A stretch of 64,000 nucleotides of DNA. Source: Balanoglossus misakiensis. Its lineage: Eukaryota; Animalia; Hemichordata. Of the stretch, positions 13,499-27,100 are shown piece by piece (position 1 is the first letter of the stretch; each line of letters begins with the position of its first letter). A model generated the notes under the pieces. The model saw only the letters and a program-made list of their open reading frames with translations, made no database searches and was not told where the DNA came from. A program made the position numbers and the translations under genes. Location: contig JBECUI020000024.1 in the NCBI GenBank assembly GCA_040954595.2, positions 62,001 through 126,000 on the forward strand, written 5' to 3'.

Positions 13499-13866
13499 TG
13501 GTATTGGTATGGTTGCAGTTACCAGCAGCTGTAATAACAACGATCTCAAGTAGTGGCCAGTCTATCCACTACGTCCAGCATTTGATCTCATCTTTGAAGT
13601 ACAGATGTGTTGGATATCATGCTTGGCAGCATGATTGACCGGACGAGGTCTGGGCATGGTCTAGGATGTATCATCACATTCATGAAGAAAAGGATTCTTG
13701 TATTCGCGTTTCCTGAAAAACTTTCGACTTCGCGTTTCGAGATATTTATAGATATTGTTTTGTAATTTCTATTTGATATGTAATTTCGGCACATATGGAT
13801 GTTGGCGTTTTGAATTTGCTAGGATGGAAATTGTTAATGTTTTTTGATGAACAATTTGGGGGCTGG

Positions 13867-14253
13867 TGTAAGGACGCCCAGTTCTTAGAGAAACTGAAAT
13901 ATTTAGTCTAGCGCCCTCGCGCTGTGAGTACATTAGCGCATGCGCTTTTGTTTAGAAAATATCTGGAAAATTCCATGGCGCACATGTGAGGACTTTTGCA
14001 CAGTTAGCCTGGGGATTTTTGCCAGTTTTCTACGGAAACTTCAACCACCGCGACGCATCATCCAGTGCCAGTGTTGTGTGTTCAGTCATTAAATGTTCGT
14101 GTAAAGTTCCGAGCAGCGTTTTCTGTGACATCTGACAAGGAATGTTCGTCGGCGATGGTGAGCTCCAGTTAGTTAACGGCAAATACTATAGAACCCTGTG
14201 GCCTTTGATGTGAATTAGGGCACCATTTGAGACGGCACATCGAGGTTACTACA
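13867..14253 (+). repeat. 3' LTR of BEL/Pao A (~387 bp)
   Basis: Begins TGTAAG right after GGGGGCTGG and ends TACTACA, followed by satellite sequence CTGGTAACG. No 5' LTR in the window to confirm. Confidence 0.75.
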
Positions 14254-17200
14254 CTGGTAACGTTGAACAAGTCGATTTTTCTAGGGCCTGGCTTGGCTAA
14301 ATCTCCGTCACAATATGACAGACACTAGCGTACGTTAGCAACGGTGATCCAGTCAGATTTTCTACGGCATGGCTTGGATAAAGCCCCGGCACTCTAGAGC
14401 AGAAACACGCGTACAGAGACCACGTTGATCAAGTCTGATCTCCTACGGCTTGGCTCGACTGAAACCCCGGCACACTATGACAGACACTAGCGTTCGTTAG
14501 CAACGTTGATCAAGTCAGATTTCCTACGGCATGGCTTGGCTAAAGCCCTGGCACTCTAGAGCAGAAACACGCGTACAGAGACCACGTTGATCTACTCACA
14601 TTTCCTTCGGCCTGGCACGGCTGATGCCCCGGCACTATATATAGGACACAGACTGGCGTAAGTTAACAACGGTAATCACGTCGGGTTTCCTACGGCCTGG
14701 CTCAGCTGAAGCCCCTGCACTCTAGAGCAGAAACAGGCGTTCATTGACCACGTTGATCAAGTCAGATTTCCTACGGCGTGACTCGGCTGGTGCACCGGCA
14801 CTATATGACACAGACTGGCGTAAGTTATCAACGGTGATTACGTCGGATTTCCTACGGCCTGGTTTAGCTGAAGCCCCGGCACTTTAGAGCGGAAACACGC
14901 GTACATTGACCACGATGATCAAGTCAGATCTCCTACGGCCTGGCTCGACTAAAACCCCGGCACACCATGACAGACACTAGCGTTCGTTAGCAACGGTGAT
15001 CAAGTCGGATTTCCTTCGGCCTGGCTCTGCAAAAGACCCGACACTCTAGTACAAAGACGTTGGCTAATCGGGCAAACCGAAGAGGGAAAGTCACAGCGGT
15101 TCAACACTTGACATTTGTTCGGGTAGGACTGCATTATTGCCTGTCAATTTATAGAGAAAGCCCGAATTTAACCAGGGCGTTTCAAACACCGACGTTAGTT
15201 GGGGGCACGGCCTGCAGTACTGCCGGGTAAGCTGACATCGGCGTACCGCATATAATGTAGGGGGGGGGGAACAGAACGGTTCAATACTACATTTATTAGA
15301 TATCAGCTAATTTTGGACAATCATCTAAAATCTAAATCATGTTTTCATATTTGGATATCTGATGATGTATGAAATTTCCATTATATGTAAAAATGGTGCT
15401 GATAATAAAAAATGCACTGTGAATGAGCTGATTAAATACAAAATTGCGTTTTATTCGTTATTGCACCAAAAAGGTCATTTTTAGGCAAAACATTCTTTAT
15501 TTTTTAATTCGGTGACCTGATCATATATAAACAATTGCTTGTATGTTAAAAGTTTTTATGACTTTTAAAAGCAGTGACACTGGCGGCATTCAACACGAAA
15601 ATAAAAATTTTAGCCACAATTTGGTCAAAATGGTAAATTTTTCAAAATTACGAAAAATAACTGTTTCCTACATTTTCGGTAATCTGATGGAGTATAGAAT
15701 GCCATTCGTATGTATATATCGATACAATTTCCACAAAAGACAGTCTAATTTGGCTCACTGCTGACAAAATTGCATGTTATCAAATTTTGCTTGAAAATGT
15801 CATTTTTAGAAAAACAATTAATAAAAGCTGTATTTGTTCTTCGAATTCGGTGCCCTGATTATATATGACATGTTGATTGTATGTTAAAAGTTTCGACCAC
15901 ACCAAAAATGCTGAGATATTGACGGAATTGAAGAAAAAATAGCCATTTTGGCCATATTTTGACAAAAATGGTAAATTTTTTAAAAAAATCATAAAAAATT
16001 AACTCTTTTCTTCATTTTCGGAAATATTATGGAGCATAAAGTGTCGTTCTCTTGTAAAAAGTGCTGCAAATTCCAGAAAAGGCGGAATAATTTGAATCAC
16101 CCAAGACAAAATTACCATTTTCGACTGTTTTTCGAAAAATTGTCTTTTTTACAAAATAAATAAGAATAAATTCTTTTCTTAGTTTCAAACGGGTAGAGAT
16201 ACTTTCCACACGGGTTTTCTAACATTGAATTCCCATTCATCAACTCATATTTCCTACAGCATAAGTCGGCTAAAACCCTGACACTCTAGAGCAGAAACAG
16301 TTGCACACTGGTAACGTTCAACAAGTCGATTTTTCTACGGCCTGGCTCGGCTAAATCTCCGTCACAATATGACAGACACTAGCGTACGTTAGCAACGGTG
16401 ATCAAGTCAGATTTTCTACGGCATGGCTTGGATAAAGCCCCGGCACTCTAGAGCAGAAACACGCGTACAGAGACCACGTTGATCAAGTCTGATCTCCTAC
16501 GGCTTGGCTCGACTAAAACACAGGCTTACTATGACAGACACTAGCGTTCGTTAGCAACGTTGATCAAGTCAGATTTCCTACGGCATGGCTTGGCTAAAGC
16601 CCTGGCACTCTAGAGCAGAAACATGCGTACAGAGACCACGTTGATCTACTCACATTTCCTTCGGCCTGGCACGGCTGATGCCCCGGCACTATATATAGGA
16701 CACAGACTGGCGTAAGTTAACAACGGTAACCACGTCGGGTTTCCTACGGCCTGGCTCAGCTGAAGCCCCGGCACTCTAGAGCAGAAACAGGCGTACATTG
16801 ACCACGTTGATCAAGTCAGATTACCTACGGCGTGACTCGGCTGGTGCACCGGCTCTATATGACACTGACTGGCGTAAGTTATCAACGGTGATTACGTCGG
16901 ATTTCCTACGGCCTGGTTTAGCTGAAGCCCCGGCACTTTAGAGCGGAAACACGCGTACATTGACCACGATGATCAAGTCAGATCTCCTACGGCCTGGCTC
17001 GACTAAAACCCCGGCACTCCATGACAGACACTAGCGTTCGTTAGCAACGGTGATCAAGTCGGATTTCCTTCGGCCTGGCTCTGCAAAAGACCCGACACTC
17101 TAGTACAAAGACGTTGGCTAAGTCGGGCAAACCGAAGAGGGAAAGTCACAGCGGTTCAACACTTGACATTTGTTCGGGTAGGACCGCATTATTGCCTGTC

Positions 17201-17680
17201 AATTTATAGAGAAAGCCCGAATTTAACCACGGCGTTTCAAACACTGACGTTAGTTGGGGGCACAGCCTGCAGTACTGCCGGGTAAGCTGACATCGGCGTA
17301 CCGCATATAATGTAGGGGGGGGGGGAAACAGAACGGATCAATACTACATTTATTAGATATCAGCTAATTTTGGACAATCATCTAAAATCTAAATCATTTT
17401 TTTCATATTTGGATATCTGATGATGTATGAAATTTCCATTATATGTAAAAATGGTGCTGATTATAAAAAATGCACTGTGAATGAGCTGATTAAATACAAA
17501 ATTGCGTTTTATTCGTTATTGCACCAAAAAGGTCATTTTAGGCAAAACATTCTTTATTTTTTAATTCGGTGACCTGATCATATATAAACAATTGCTTGTA
17601 TGTTAAAAGTTTTTATGACTTTTAAAAGCAGTGACACTGGCGGCATTCAACACGAAAATAACAATTTAAGCCACAATTTG
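14254..17680. repeat. Complex satellite, block 1 (monomer ~2054 bp)
   Basis: Poly-G markers at ~15260 and ~17314; ~81-bp subrepeats (TTCCTACGGC...GATCAAGTC). Confidence 0.95.
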
Positions 17681-18029
17681 TATGGAGAAGTGAGAGATTT
17701 ACTCCAGAAGGATCACGTGACGGAAACTCTTACCCTATCAGAGTTGATATCAGTTGATATCAGAGTTTCCCTCCAAACTTTATACTTGTAGCAGATTTAT
17801 TGTAATTTTTGAGTGTTTGCTCCGGCGTTGGTGGGACTTATATATAACCCAGTTTTGGCGCTTTCGGGCAGCTTTTTGTAAGGAGCTCTGTGGTGTTACT
17901 TTGTTGTTGGATTCAGATGGTAATAAACCAGTGTTTTACCTAGCACTGAATCGTTCGCTTCTTTTCCGACGTCAGTATACTCGAACCCCCTCCCGGGAGT
18001 ATTGATCACTGCCACGATACTTCCCCACA
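17681..18029 (+). repeat. 5' LTR, BEL B copy 1
   Basis: TATGGAGAAG...CTTCCCCACA; 13 bp longer than the other three LTRs because of a local duplication near 17750. Confidence 0.92.
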
Positions 18030-18062
18030 TTTTTGGTGCCGAGACCAGTATAACAGAGCAAG

Positions 18063-21000
18063 ATGTCGGAACAAGAACACATCGCGCCACAAGATGGACA
18101 ACAAGAGGATCAGCCAACAGCGTTGACAAAACTGAAGAGATCGCGTCGTGGTCAACGCGCACAAGTGACCCGACTGTTCAACAAGGCCGACACCCTCATG
18201 AACAATTTCGTAGACGTCGGTACAGACAAGCCGACTACACTCGACACGCTGGAAGGGCTGAACGAACAACTTTAGAACAAGATCCGTCTACTCGCCGACC
18301 TCGAGGTGAGAATCCTCGATCTAATTGACGATGAACACTTTGACGAAGAAAATGAAACTTCAGGCGACTACCAGGCCGAAATCTTCGAACACAATCATCG
18401 CATCGCATCTTTCATCAAGAAAAACAAATCGGAGATGCGGACAACTACTACTAGTACTGGTAATGTAACGGGAAGCAGCCTCGGCAACGCGACGCCTCGT
18501 AAAACAGTAACTCTACCGAAACTCCAGCTGCAAACTTTCTCAGGCAATGTAATAGAATGGTCGAGTTTCTTCGATGTATTCAAGTCTTCGATACCTTCGG
18601 ACACTAATTTGGACAACATTCAGAAGTTTACGTATTTGCGGAGTGTACTCAAAGATGAAGCAGCGAGAACAATCAACGGATTGCCACTCACGCACGCGAT
18701 TGACTTATTGACCGAAAGATACGGACAAACCCATCTCATAGTAGATGCTCATATGACCGCGTTGTGGAATCTACAAAGCCCAACCGCCGACGTACAAAGT
18801 TTAAGGCATTTCTACGACTCGATTGAAAATCACGTTCGAGGTCTTCAGTCGCTGGGTAAGGAGGAAACCACATACGGCGAACTTTGGTTCCAATAATACG
18901 GGAGAAATTACCTCCTAACATTCGAGAGCAGATAGCAAGAAAACATGGTAATGCTGCGTGGACATTAGCAGATCTACGAAAAGCCATTCAACACGAGATA
19001 AACACCCTTCAAGCCGGCAACCGGGTCGACGAGATAACAATGGCCACTACCAGAGAACCGGAAATAACCGCGTTTCACACGAAAACGCAGATGACAGGTA
19101 AACAGAAGTTTCGCGCCCCTGTCAAAACGTGCCCGTTCTGCAAAGGGTCACACTTCGCGTCAAATTGCACTGTGGTAACTGATACGCGCGAGAGACTGGA
19201 CATTGTGAAGAAGGACAGACTATGTTTTAATTGCTTTGGAAAACATAGAGTTGCGGAGTGTAAATCAAAATACTCCTGCACTCTGCGCTACACTACGACG
19301 TTCCCACCGCTACAACGACGCCAACCGGAGCGTCGTCCTCGCCATCGCCATCATCAAGTACTTCTGATGTCAAAGTAACATTGACTAATACCGATACATT
19401 TACGGATAAGAAGATAAACACTGGGCCAGTGCTGCTGAAAACTGCGTTTGTACCACTGTCTGTCGGACGGGGAGCCCCCATACATGCCGTCATCCTGTTT
19501 GATGAAGGAGCAAATAAGACATTCGTCACTGAGAGATTCGCCCGTCAGCTGTCCGCGAAAGCTACGCGGCACGAACACATAAAGTTATCGACCTTCGGTG
19601 GCAAGGACTCCAAAGTACGCACCATGGGATTCACCGAACTAACTGCTCATGCTATTCACGCGATGATAATTCCAGAGATATCGTCGGACTTAACAAATCA
19701 CATTTCTCAGGAAGTCCACAATATGAGCCACCTGAAAGGGCTACCATTCGCACATCCAGTTTCGAGTGATCAGTCGTGGCCAATTGATGTTCTAATCGGA
19801 GCCGACCAATATTGGAATTTCGTGGGCTCACACGTTATTTCTGGCGCGTCCGGCCCCACTGCTGTGTCATCCAAATTTGGATACTTACTCTCCGGACCCC
19901 TCGGAACTCCCAAAGTGGATTCTAATGCGCATATCTTACACGTGATTTCTACTGCTGATACCAGTAACGTAGTTTCAGAGAACTCTATCAACGGACTGCA
20001 TGGAGATCGCGCAACGGACATGTATACACCGATGGATAGTACTGCGATCGGCCGAGAACCACAGGTCCAAAATATGTGGGACCTTGAATTGATCGGTATT
20101 CAGGACAATCCAACAGTTGATGAACAGTTGACGTACGAGTCTTACAGAGACACGCACTTGAGAGTTGACCGAGGAAAATACGTAGCTAAACTACCGTGGA
20201 AGGAAGATCACCCTCCACTACCCACCAACTACGATGTCGCCATGAAACGCACGCGTAATACGATACGCAGGTTACCCTCTGAACTCATCAAGAAATATGA
20301 CGACATAATCAATGAACAGAGACGTCGCGACTTCATCGGAGAGGTTGACGAAGATGACGTGAATATCGGACACTATTTGACACATCGTCCGGTGGTTAAG
20401 AATTCGACCACAACACCCATTCGCATCGTTTATGATTGCTCTTGTAAGAAGGATTCTAATTATCCAAGTTTGAATGATTGCTTGCAAACTGGACCGTCAT
20501 TAATAAATGACCTGCCAGCGATTCTGCTGTGATTCCGCGCCAATAACATTGCTTTCACAGCTGACATTGAGAAAGCATTCCTGAACATTCGGTTGGAAGA
20601 AGATGAGAGGAAATTCACGAAATTTCTGTGGCTGTCGGACATTAACGACCCAGAAAGTGACTTCATAACTTTGCAGTTTAAGTCTGTCTTGTTTGGAGCA
20701 GTCTGTTCCCCATTCATCCTCAATGCGGTTATCAAGACGCATTTAGAGAACAATAGTCAACTTCCCACCGCTGACAGATTGGGAAATAATATTTATGTGG
20801 ATAATGTGATCGATGGAGTTGATACTGCAGAAAATGCCATGAAATACTACCATGAAGCCAATGAGTTGATGACATCAGGCGGATTCAAACTCAGAGCATG
20901 GTCTTCCAACTGTCAACAAATAAACGAACTCGCTACATGTGACAATCTGAACGAACCCACCGAAGATGTATCCGTTTTGGGAATGCAGTGGTCAACAAAA

Positions 21001-23620
21001 TCTGACTTACTCTAAAGTGGTTAATATGTCGTCGCGTGCCGAACTCGTGACCAAACGTGACATTGTCAGCTATGTGGCGATGCTATTTGATCCGTTTGGA
21101 TTTCTCGTCCCTGTAATGATCAAAGCCAAATTGTTCATTCAGTTACTATGGAAACTGGAATTAGACTGGGATGAACCTATCAACGCAGATCTCTACACTC
21201 AATGGATGCACATCGCAGAAGATCTCAAAGACTCGCAAAACACGAAGATCGAACGACAATATTTTGATGAACTTGAAGGCGACAATGAATGCGAGCTACA
21301 CGCCTTTGCAGACGCAAGCCAGAGAGCGTATGGGGCAGTAGTGTATTTGAAAAGAGGACAGCAAACGTCGTTTGTGATGGCGAAGACTAGAACCGCACCA
21401 GTGGCTGAAACTACACTCCCACGACTGGAATTGATGGCTGCGTTAATAGCCACACGTCTCAGCAAGTACGCTAAAGAAGCCCTGTCCTCCAAATATGACA
21501 TAGTTCGTTGTTATTTATGGAGTGACAGCCAAATTGTCCTTCACTGGCTGAACAGTGAGAAGAGACTTCCGGTGTTTGTGAAGAATCGAGTAGATGAAAT
21601 TCGCGAATTTCAGTCCACAAAGAAATACTGCCCATCAGAACACAACCCAGCTGATCTTTTAACCAGAGGGGTAACCTACGAAATGATGGAACGCTCTGAA
21701 CTATGGCGTAATGGACCAACATGGCTAAAGACAAGCGATTGGCCTAGTTGCCCAGCGTTTGATGTTAATGTGATGCATACCGCAATCGAACCAGATGAGA
21801 CGGACAGATTGCCGCTGCGTTTCGGCAACGGAATCAACGATCAGTCTACCGAGAACGCAGAAATACTCGCTCCCCCCAAAGCCAGACAATGTACAGATCG
21901 CGAAAATCTGGAAATTACCAGTCCCAATGACTACGGAATTCAACACGTTGTTGACATTTCCAGATTCAACAACTTGGATAGGCTATTACGAGTGACAAGT
22001 TATGTCCTCAGATTCATCGCACGGATGAAAAAATCTACCGAGGTAAAACACGGGAGAATTACCTCTGATGAGCTGCACCGAGCGGAAAATATGTGGGTTA
22101 AACATATTCAACGGCAGTTCTATGACGCCGAAATCCAGTCTGTGAAATTGAACTTGAGTACATGTGCGCCCATTGTTCGACAACTGAACTTATTTGTTGA
22201 CGAAGAAGACGTACTTCGCTGTGGGAGTAGAATCCATAACGCGCCGATCGATTTCGTCACAAGATTTCCCGCCTTGATACCCTCGCATCATAAATTGACA
22301 AATTTGATAATACGGAAATCACACGAACTGACGCTTCACCAGGGAGTCCAATCTACAGTGACACAGATAAGGCAAAGATATTGGATCCCCAAAATTCGGA
22401 TTATTGTACGCGGTGTCTTACGTGGTTGTGTCATTTGCAACAAAGTTACCGGGAAACCTTACGCGAATCCAGTGCAAGCGCCGCTACCAAGTTATCGAGT
22501 GAACATTGTCCCAGCATTTACTGTAACAGGCGTGGATTTCACGGGTCATCTTTATACCAAGGCCAAAGATGGGACACGTGCCAAAGCCTATATCTGTTTA
22601 TTCACCTGTGCGGTGACGCGTGCCATTTACCTAGAACTGGTTCCTGATATGTCAACCCAGACGTTCATGCACGCGTTTAGAAGATTCGCCGCGAGACGTT
22701 CTTTGCCGAGTAGGATGCTGTCAGACAACGCATCGACTTATTTATCGGCTGCCAATGAAATCAAAACACTGTTTGATACGCCAGAAGTAAATGACTTTCT
22801 CGCCGCACATCGTGTACAATGGACGTTTATACCGAAGCGCGCGCCCTGGTTTGGTGGCTTCTGGGAGAGGCTGATTGCTTTGACAAAGAACGCTATTAGG
22901 AAAACTCTCGGTCGAGCTTACCTAACCTTTGATGAACTCGCAACAGTTGTGACTGAAATTGAAGCCGTTTTAAACGACAGGCCGTTAACGTACGTGTCAT
23001 CCAGTATAAACGACAACATTGGATTGACCCCAAATCACTTGCTACATGGCAGGACACTGACCTCATTGCCGTACATCGAGATCACCGACGAAGAGGTGAT
23101 TGACCCATCTTACTGTGATAATCGTGAAATCAACAAAAGATATGAACATCTATCAAGATTACACGATCAATTTTGGCGAAGATGGTCGTCCGAGTATCTG
23201 ACTGCCCTACGTGAACGACATCCCACCAAAGGAACTCGTGATAATGTCATCAAGGTCGGAGATGTCGTGATAATACACAGTGACACTGACAAACGTCCGA
23301 AATGGCATTTAGGAACTGTAACAAGGTTGATCTTCGGTAATGATAAACTGGTACGATCTGCGGAGTTGAACACCGCAGGTGGTCCTACAAACCGACCTAT
23401 CCATAAATTGTACCCATTGGAAGTTGTCTCCAAGGAGCTGTCAACTGTGTCTGGAGATAATACAGGTATTGGAGCAGATTCCAACACGAATACTGAAACA
23501 GTCGACACAGCTGGCGCCTCTGAAGATTCCTCGGTGAAGGCGGATGTTGTACCCCCGAGACGACCTCTCAGAGACTCTGCAGTTGCCGCTCGAGTACGAA
23601 TAGCGGATCTCTCTGTTTGA
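18063..23620 (+). pseudogene. pol: BEL B gag-pol (DUF1759-like gag, Cys/His knuckles, PR, RT, RNaseH, integrase), multiply disrupted
   Basis: LPKLQLQTFSG, LFDEGA, YVDN, DASQRAYG, LPRLEL, IN H..H..C..C, GVDFTG, SDNA, PWFGGFWERL. Relative to copy 2: stops at 18273 and 20530, deletions near 18884, 19280, 19650 and 21007. Confidence 0.92.
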
Positions 23621-23791
23621 CTTTGAAATTGGAAAACAATTTCGATCGCAATGTGACTGTTATCATGTTTACTGACACAATGAACATTAGTTTATTATCC
23701 TTGAACACTTTAGGTGACTTTAATCATATTTCATGTTATTTGATGTTTTTTTTCTGACGATTTTCGAGACTTTCCTTTGCGCGGGGGAGAA

Positions 23792-24127
23792 TATGGAGAA
23801 GTGAGAGATTTACTCCAGAAGGATCACGAGACGGAAACTCTTACCCTATCAGAGTTGACTTTGTTTCCCGCCAAACTTTATACTTGTAGCAGATTTATTG
23901 TTATTTTTGAGTGTTTGCTCCGGAGTTCGTGGGACTTATATATAACCCAGTTTTGGCGCTTTCGGGCAGCATTTTGTAAGGAGCTCTGTGGTGTTACTCT
24001 GTTGTTCGATTCAGATGGTAATAAACCAGTGTTTTACCTAGCACTGAATCGTTCGCTTCTTTTCCAACGTCAGTATACTCGAACCCCCTCCCGGGAGTAT
24101 TGATCACTGCCACGATACTTCCCCACA
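23792..24127 (+). repeat. 3' LTR, BEL B copy 1 (336 bp)
   Basis: Direct repeat of the 5' LTR immediately after the PPT. Confidence 0.93.
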
Positions 24128-27100
24128 ATTTGGTCAAAATGGTAAATTTTTGAAAATTACAAAAAATACCCGTTTTCTACATTTTCGAAAATCTGATGGA
24201 GTATAAAATGCTCTTCGTATGTATATATCGATACAAATTCCACAAAAGACAGTCTAATATGGCTCACTGCAGACAAAATTGTGTTTTACCAAATGTTCCT
24301 TGAAAATGTCATTTTTAGAAAAAAAAAGAAAAAAAACCTTTGTTCTTCGAATTTGGTGCCCTGATCATATATGACATGTTGATTGTATGTTAAAACTTTC
24401 GACCACTCCAAAAATGCAGAGATATTGACGGAATTCAAGAAAAAATAGCCATTTTGGCCATATTTTGACAAAAATGGTAAATTTTTAAAAAATCATAAAA
24501 AATTAACTCCTTTCTTCATTTTTGGAAATATTATGGATCATGAAGTGTCGTTCTCTTGTAAAAAGTGCTGCAAATTCCAGAAAAGGCGGTATAATTTGAA
24601 TCACCCAAGACAAAATTACCATTTTCGACTTTTTTTCGAAATATTGTCTTTTTTACAAAATAAATAAGAATAAATTCTTTTCTTAGTTTGAAACGGGTAG
24701 AGATACTTTCCACACGGGTTTTCTAACAATGAATTCCCGTTCATCAACTCAGATTTCCTACAGCATAAGTCGGCTGAAACCCTGACACTCTAGAGCAGAA
24801 ACAGTTGCACACTGGTAAAGTTGAACAAGTCGATTTTTCTACGGCATGGCTCGGCTAAATCTCCGTCACAATATGACAGACACTAGCGTACGTTAGCAAC
24901 GGTGATCAAGTCAGATTTTCTACGGCATGGCTTGGATAAAGCCCCGGCACTCTAGAGCAGAAACAAGCGTACAGAGACCACGTTGATCAAGTCTGATATC
25001 CTACGGCTTGGCTCGACTAAAACCCCGGCACACTATGACAGACACTAGCGTTCGTTAGCAACGTTGATCAAGTCAGATTTCCTACGGCATGGCTTGGATA
25101 AAGCCCTGGCACTCTAGAGCAGAAACACGCGTACAGAGACCACGTTGATCTACTCGGATTTCCTTCGGCCTGGCTCTGCAAAAGACCCGACACTCTAGTA
25201 CAAAGACGTTGGCTAAGTCGGGCAAACCGAAGAAGGAAAGTCACAGCGGGTCAACACTCGACATTTGTTTGGGTAGGACTGCATTATTGCCTGTCAATTT
25301 ATAGAGAAAGCCCGAATTTAACCAGGGCGTTTCAAACACCGACGTTAGTTGGGGGCACGGCCTGCAGTACTGCCGGGTAAGCTGACATCGGCGTACCGCA
25401 TATAATGTAGGGGGGGGGGGAACAGAACGGTTCAATACTACATTTATTAGATATCAGCTAATTTTGGACAATCATCTAAAATCTAAATCATTTTTTCATA
25501 TTTGGATATTAGATGATGTATGAAATTTCCATTATACGTTAAAATAGTGCTGATTATAAAAAATGCACTCTGAATGAGCTGATTTAATACAAAATTGCGT
25601 TTTATTCGTTTTTGCACCAAAAAGGTCATTTTTAGGCAAAACATTCTTTATTTTATTAATTCGGTGACCTGATCATATATAAACAATTGCTTGTATGTTA
25701 AAAGTTTTTATGACTTTTAAAAGCAGTGACACTGGCGGCATTCAACACGAAAATAACAATTTTAGCCACAATTTGGTCAAAATGGTAAATTTTTGAAAAT
25801 TACAAAAAATACCTGTTTTCTACATTTTCGGAAATCTGATGGAGTATAGAATGCTCTTCGTATGTATATATCGATACAAATTCCACAAAAGACCGTCTAA
25901 TTTGGCTCACTGCAGACAAAATTGCGTTTTACCAAATTTTCCTTGAAAATGTCATTTTTAGAAGAAAAAAGAAAGAAACAAACCTTTGTTCTTCGAATTT
26001 GGTGCCCTGATCATATATGATATGTTGATTGTATGTTAAAACTTTCGACCACTCCAAAAATGCAGAGATATTGACGGAATTCAAGAAAAAATAGCCATTT
26101 TGGCCATATTTTGACAAAAATGGTAAATTTTTAAATAATCATAAAAAATTAACTCTTTTCTTCATTTTCGGAAATATTATGGAGCATGAAGTGTCGTTCT
26201 CTTGTAAAAAGTGCGGCAAATTCCAGAAAAGTCGGTATAATTTGAATCACCCAAGACAAAATTACCATTTTCGACTTTTTTTCGAAAAATTGTCTTTTTT
26301 ACAAAATAAATAAGAATAAATTCTTTTCTTAGTTTCAAACGGGTAGAGATACTTTCCACACGGGTTTTCTAACATTGAATTCCCGTTAATGAACTCAGAT
26401 TTCCTACTGCATAAGTCGGCTAAAACCCTGACACTCTAGAGCAGAAACAGTTGCACACTGGTAACGTTGATCAAGTCTGATCTCCTACGGCTTGGCTCGA
26501 CTAAAACCCCGGCACACTATGACAGACACTAGCGTTCGTTAGCAACGTTGATCAAGTCAGATTTCCTACGGCATGGCTTAGCTAAAACCCTGGCACTCTA
26601 GAGCAGAAACACGCGTACAGAGACCACGTTGATCTCCTCACATTTCCTTCGGCCTGGCACGACTGATGCCCCGGCACTATATATAGGACACAGACTGGCG
26701 TAAGTTAACAACGGTAATCACGTCGGGTTTCCTACGGCCTGGCTCAGCTGAAGCCCCGGCACTCTAGAGCAGAAACAGGCGTACATTGACCACGTTGATC
26801 AAGTCAGATTTTCTACGGCGTGACTCGGCTGGTGCACCGGCACTATATGACACAGACTGGCGTAAGTTATCAACGGTGATTACGTAGGATTTCCTACGGC
26901 CTGGTTTAGCTGAATCCCCGGCACTTTAGAGCGGAAACACGCGTACATTGACCACGATGATCAAGTCAGATCTCCTACGGCCTGGCTCGACTAAAACCCC
27001 GGCACACCATGACAGACACTAGCGTTCGTTAGCAACGGTGATCAAGTCGGATTTCCGTCGGCCTGGCTCTGCAAAAGACCCGACACTCTAGTACAAAGAC

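Larger units (their letters stand above)
9022..14253 (+). mobile_element. BEL/Pao LTR retrotransposon family A, 5'-interrupted, integrase largely deleted, with 3' LTR
   Basis: gag-PR-RT-RNaseH-IN order, purine tract at 13858-13866, then LTR TGTA...TACA joined directly to satellite. Confidence 0.92.
17681..24127 (+). mobile_element. BEL/Pao LTR retrotransposon family B, full-length copy 1 (defective)
   Basis: LTRs at 17681-18029 and 23792-24127, TSD ATTTG, PBS at 18034, PPT GGGGGAGAA at 23783-23791, internal gag-pol. Confidence 0.95.

Noticed and set aside
14254-15060. 81-bp units starting CCTACGGCC, like the 5S rRNA 5' end
   Set aside because: Similarity stops after ~9 nt; no 5S internal control region or 120-nt body.
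15215-15235. Minus-strand CTTACCCGGCAG resembling the U1 snRNA 5' end
   Set aside because: Downstream sequence does not match U1.
15351-15395. CTGATGA-tgtat-GAAA in nearly every satellite monomer, resembling a minimal hammerhead ribozyme core
   Set aside because: Stem II lacks a closing pair (T..T), stems I and III are marginal, and the paralogous positions in the AT-rich trimer read CTGATGGAG and TTATGGAG. Likely chance, though an in vitro cleavage assay would settle it.
17115-17170. A-box-like TGGCTAAGTCGG and B-box-like GGTTCAACAC (tRNA/SINE)
   Set aside because: Spacing is short, no cloverleaf can be drawn, and most monomers read GGGTCAACAC.
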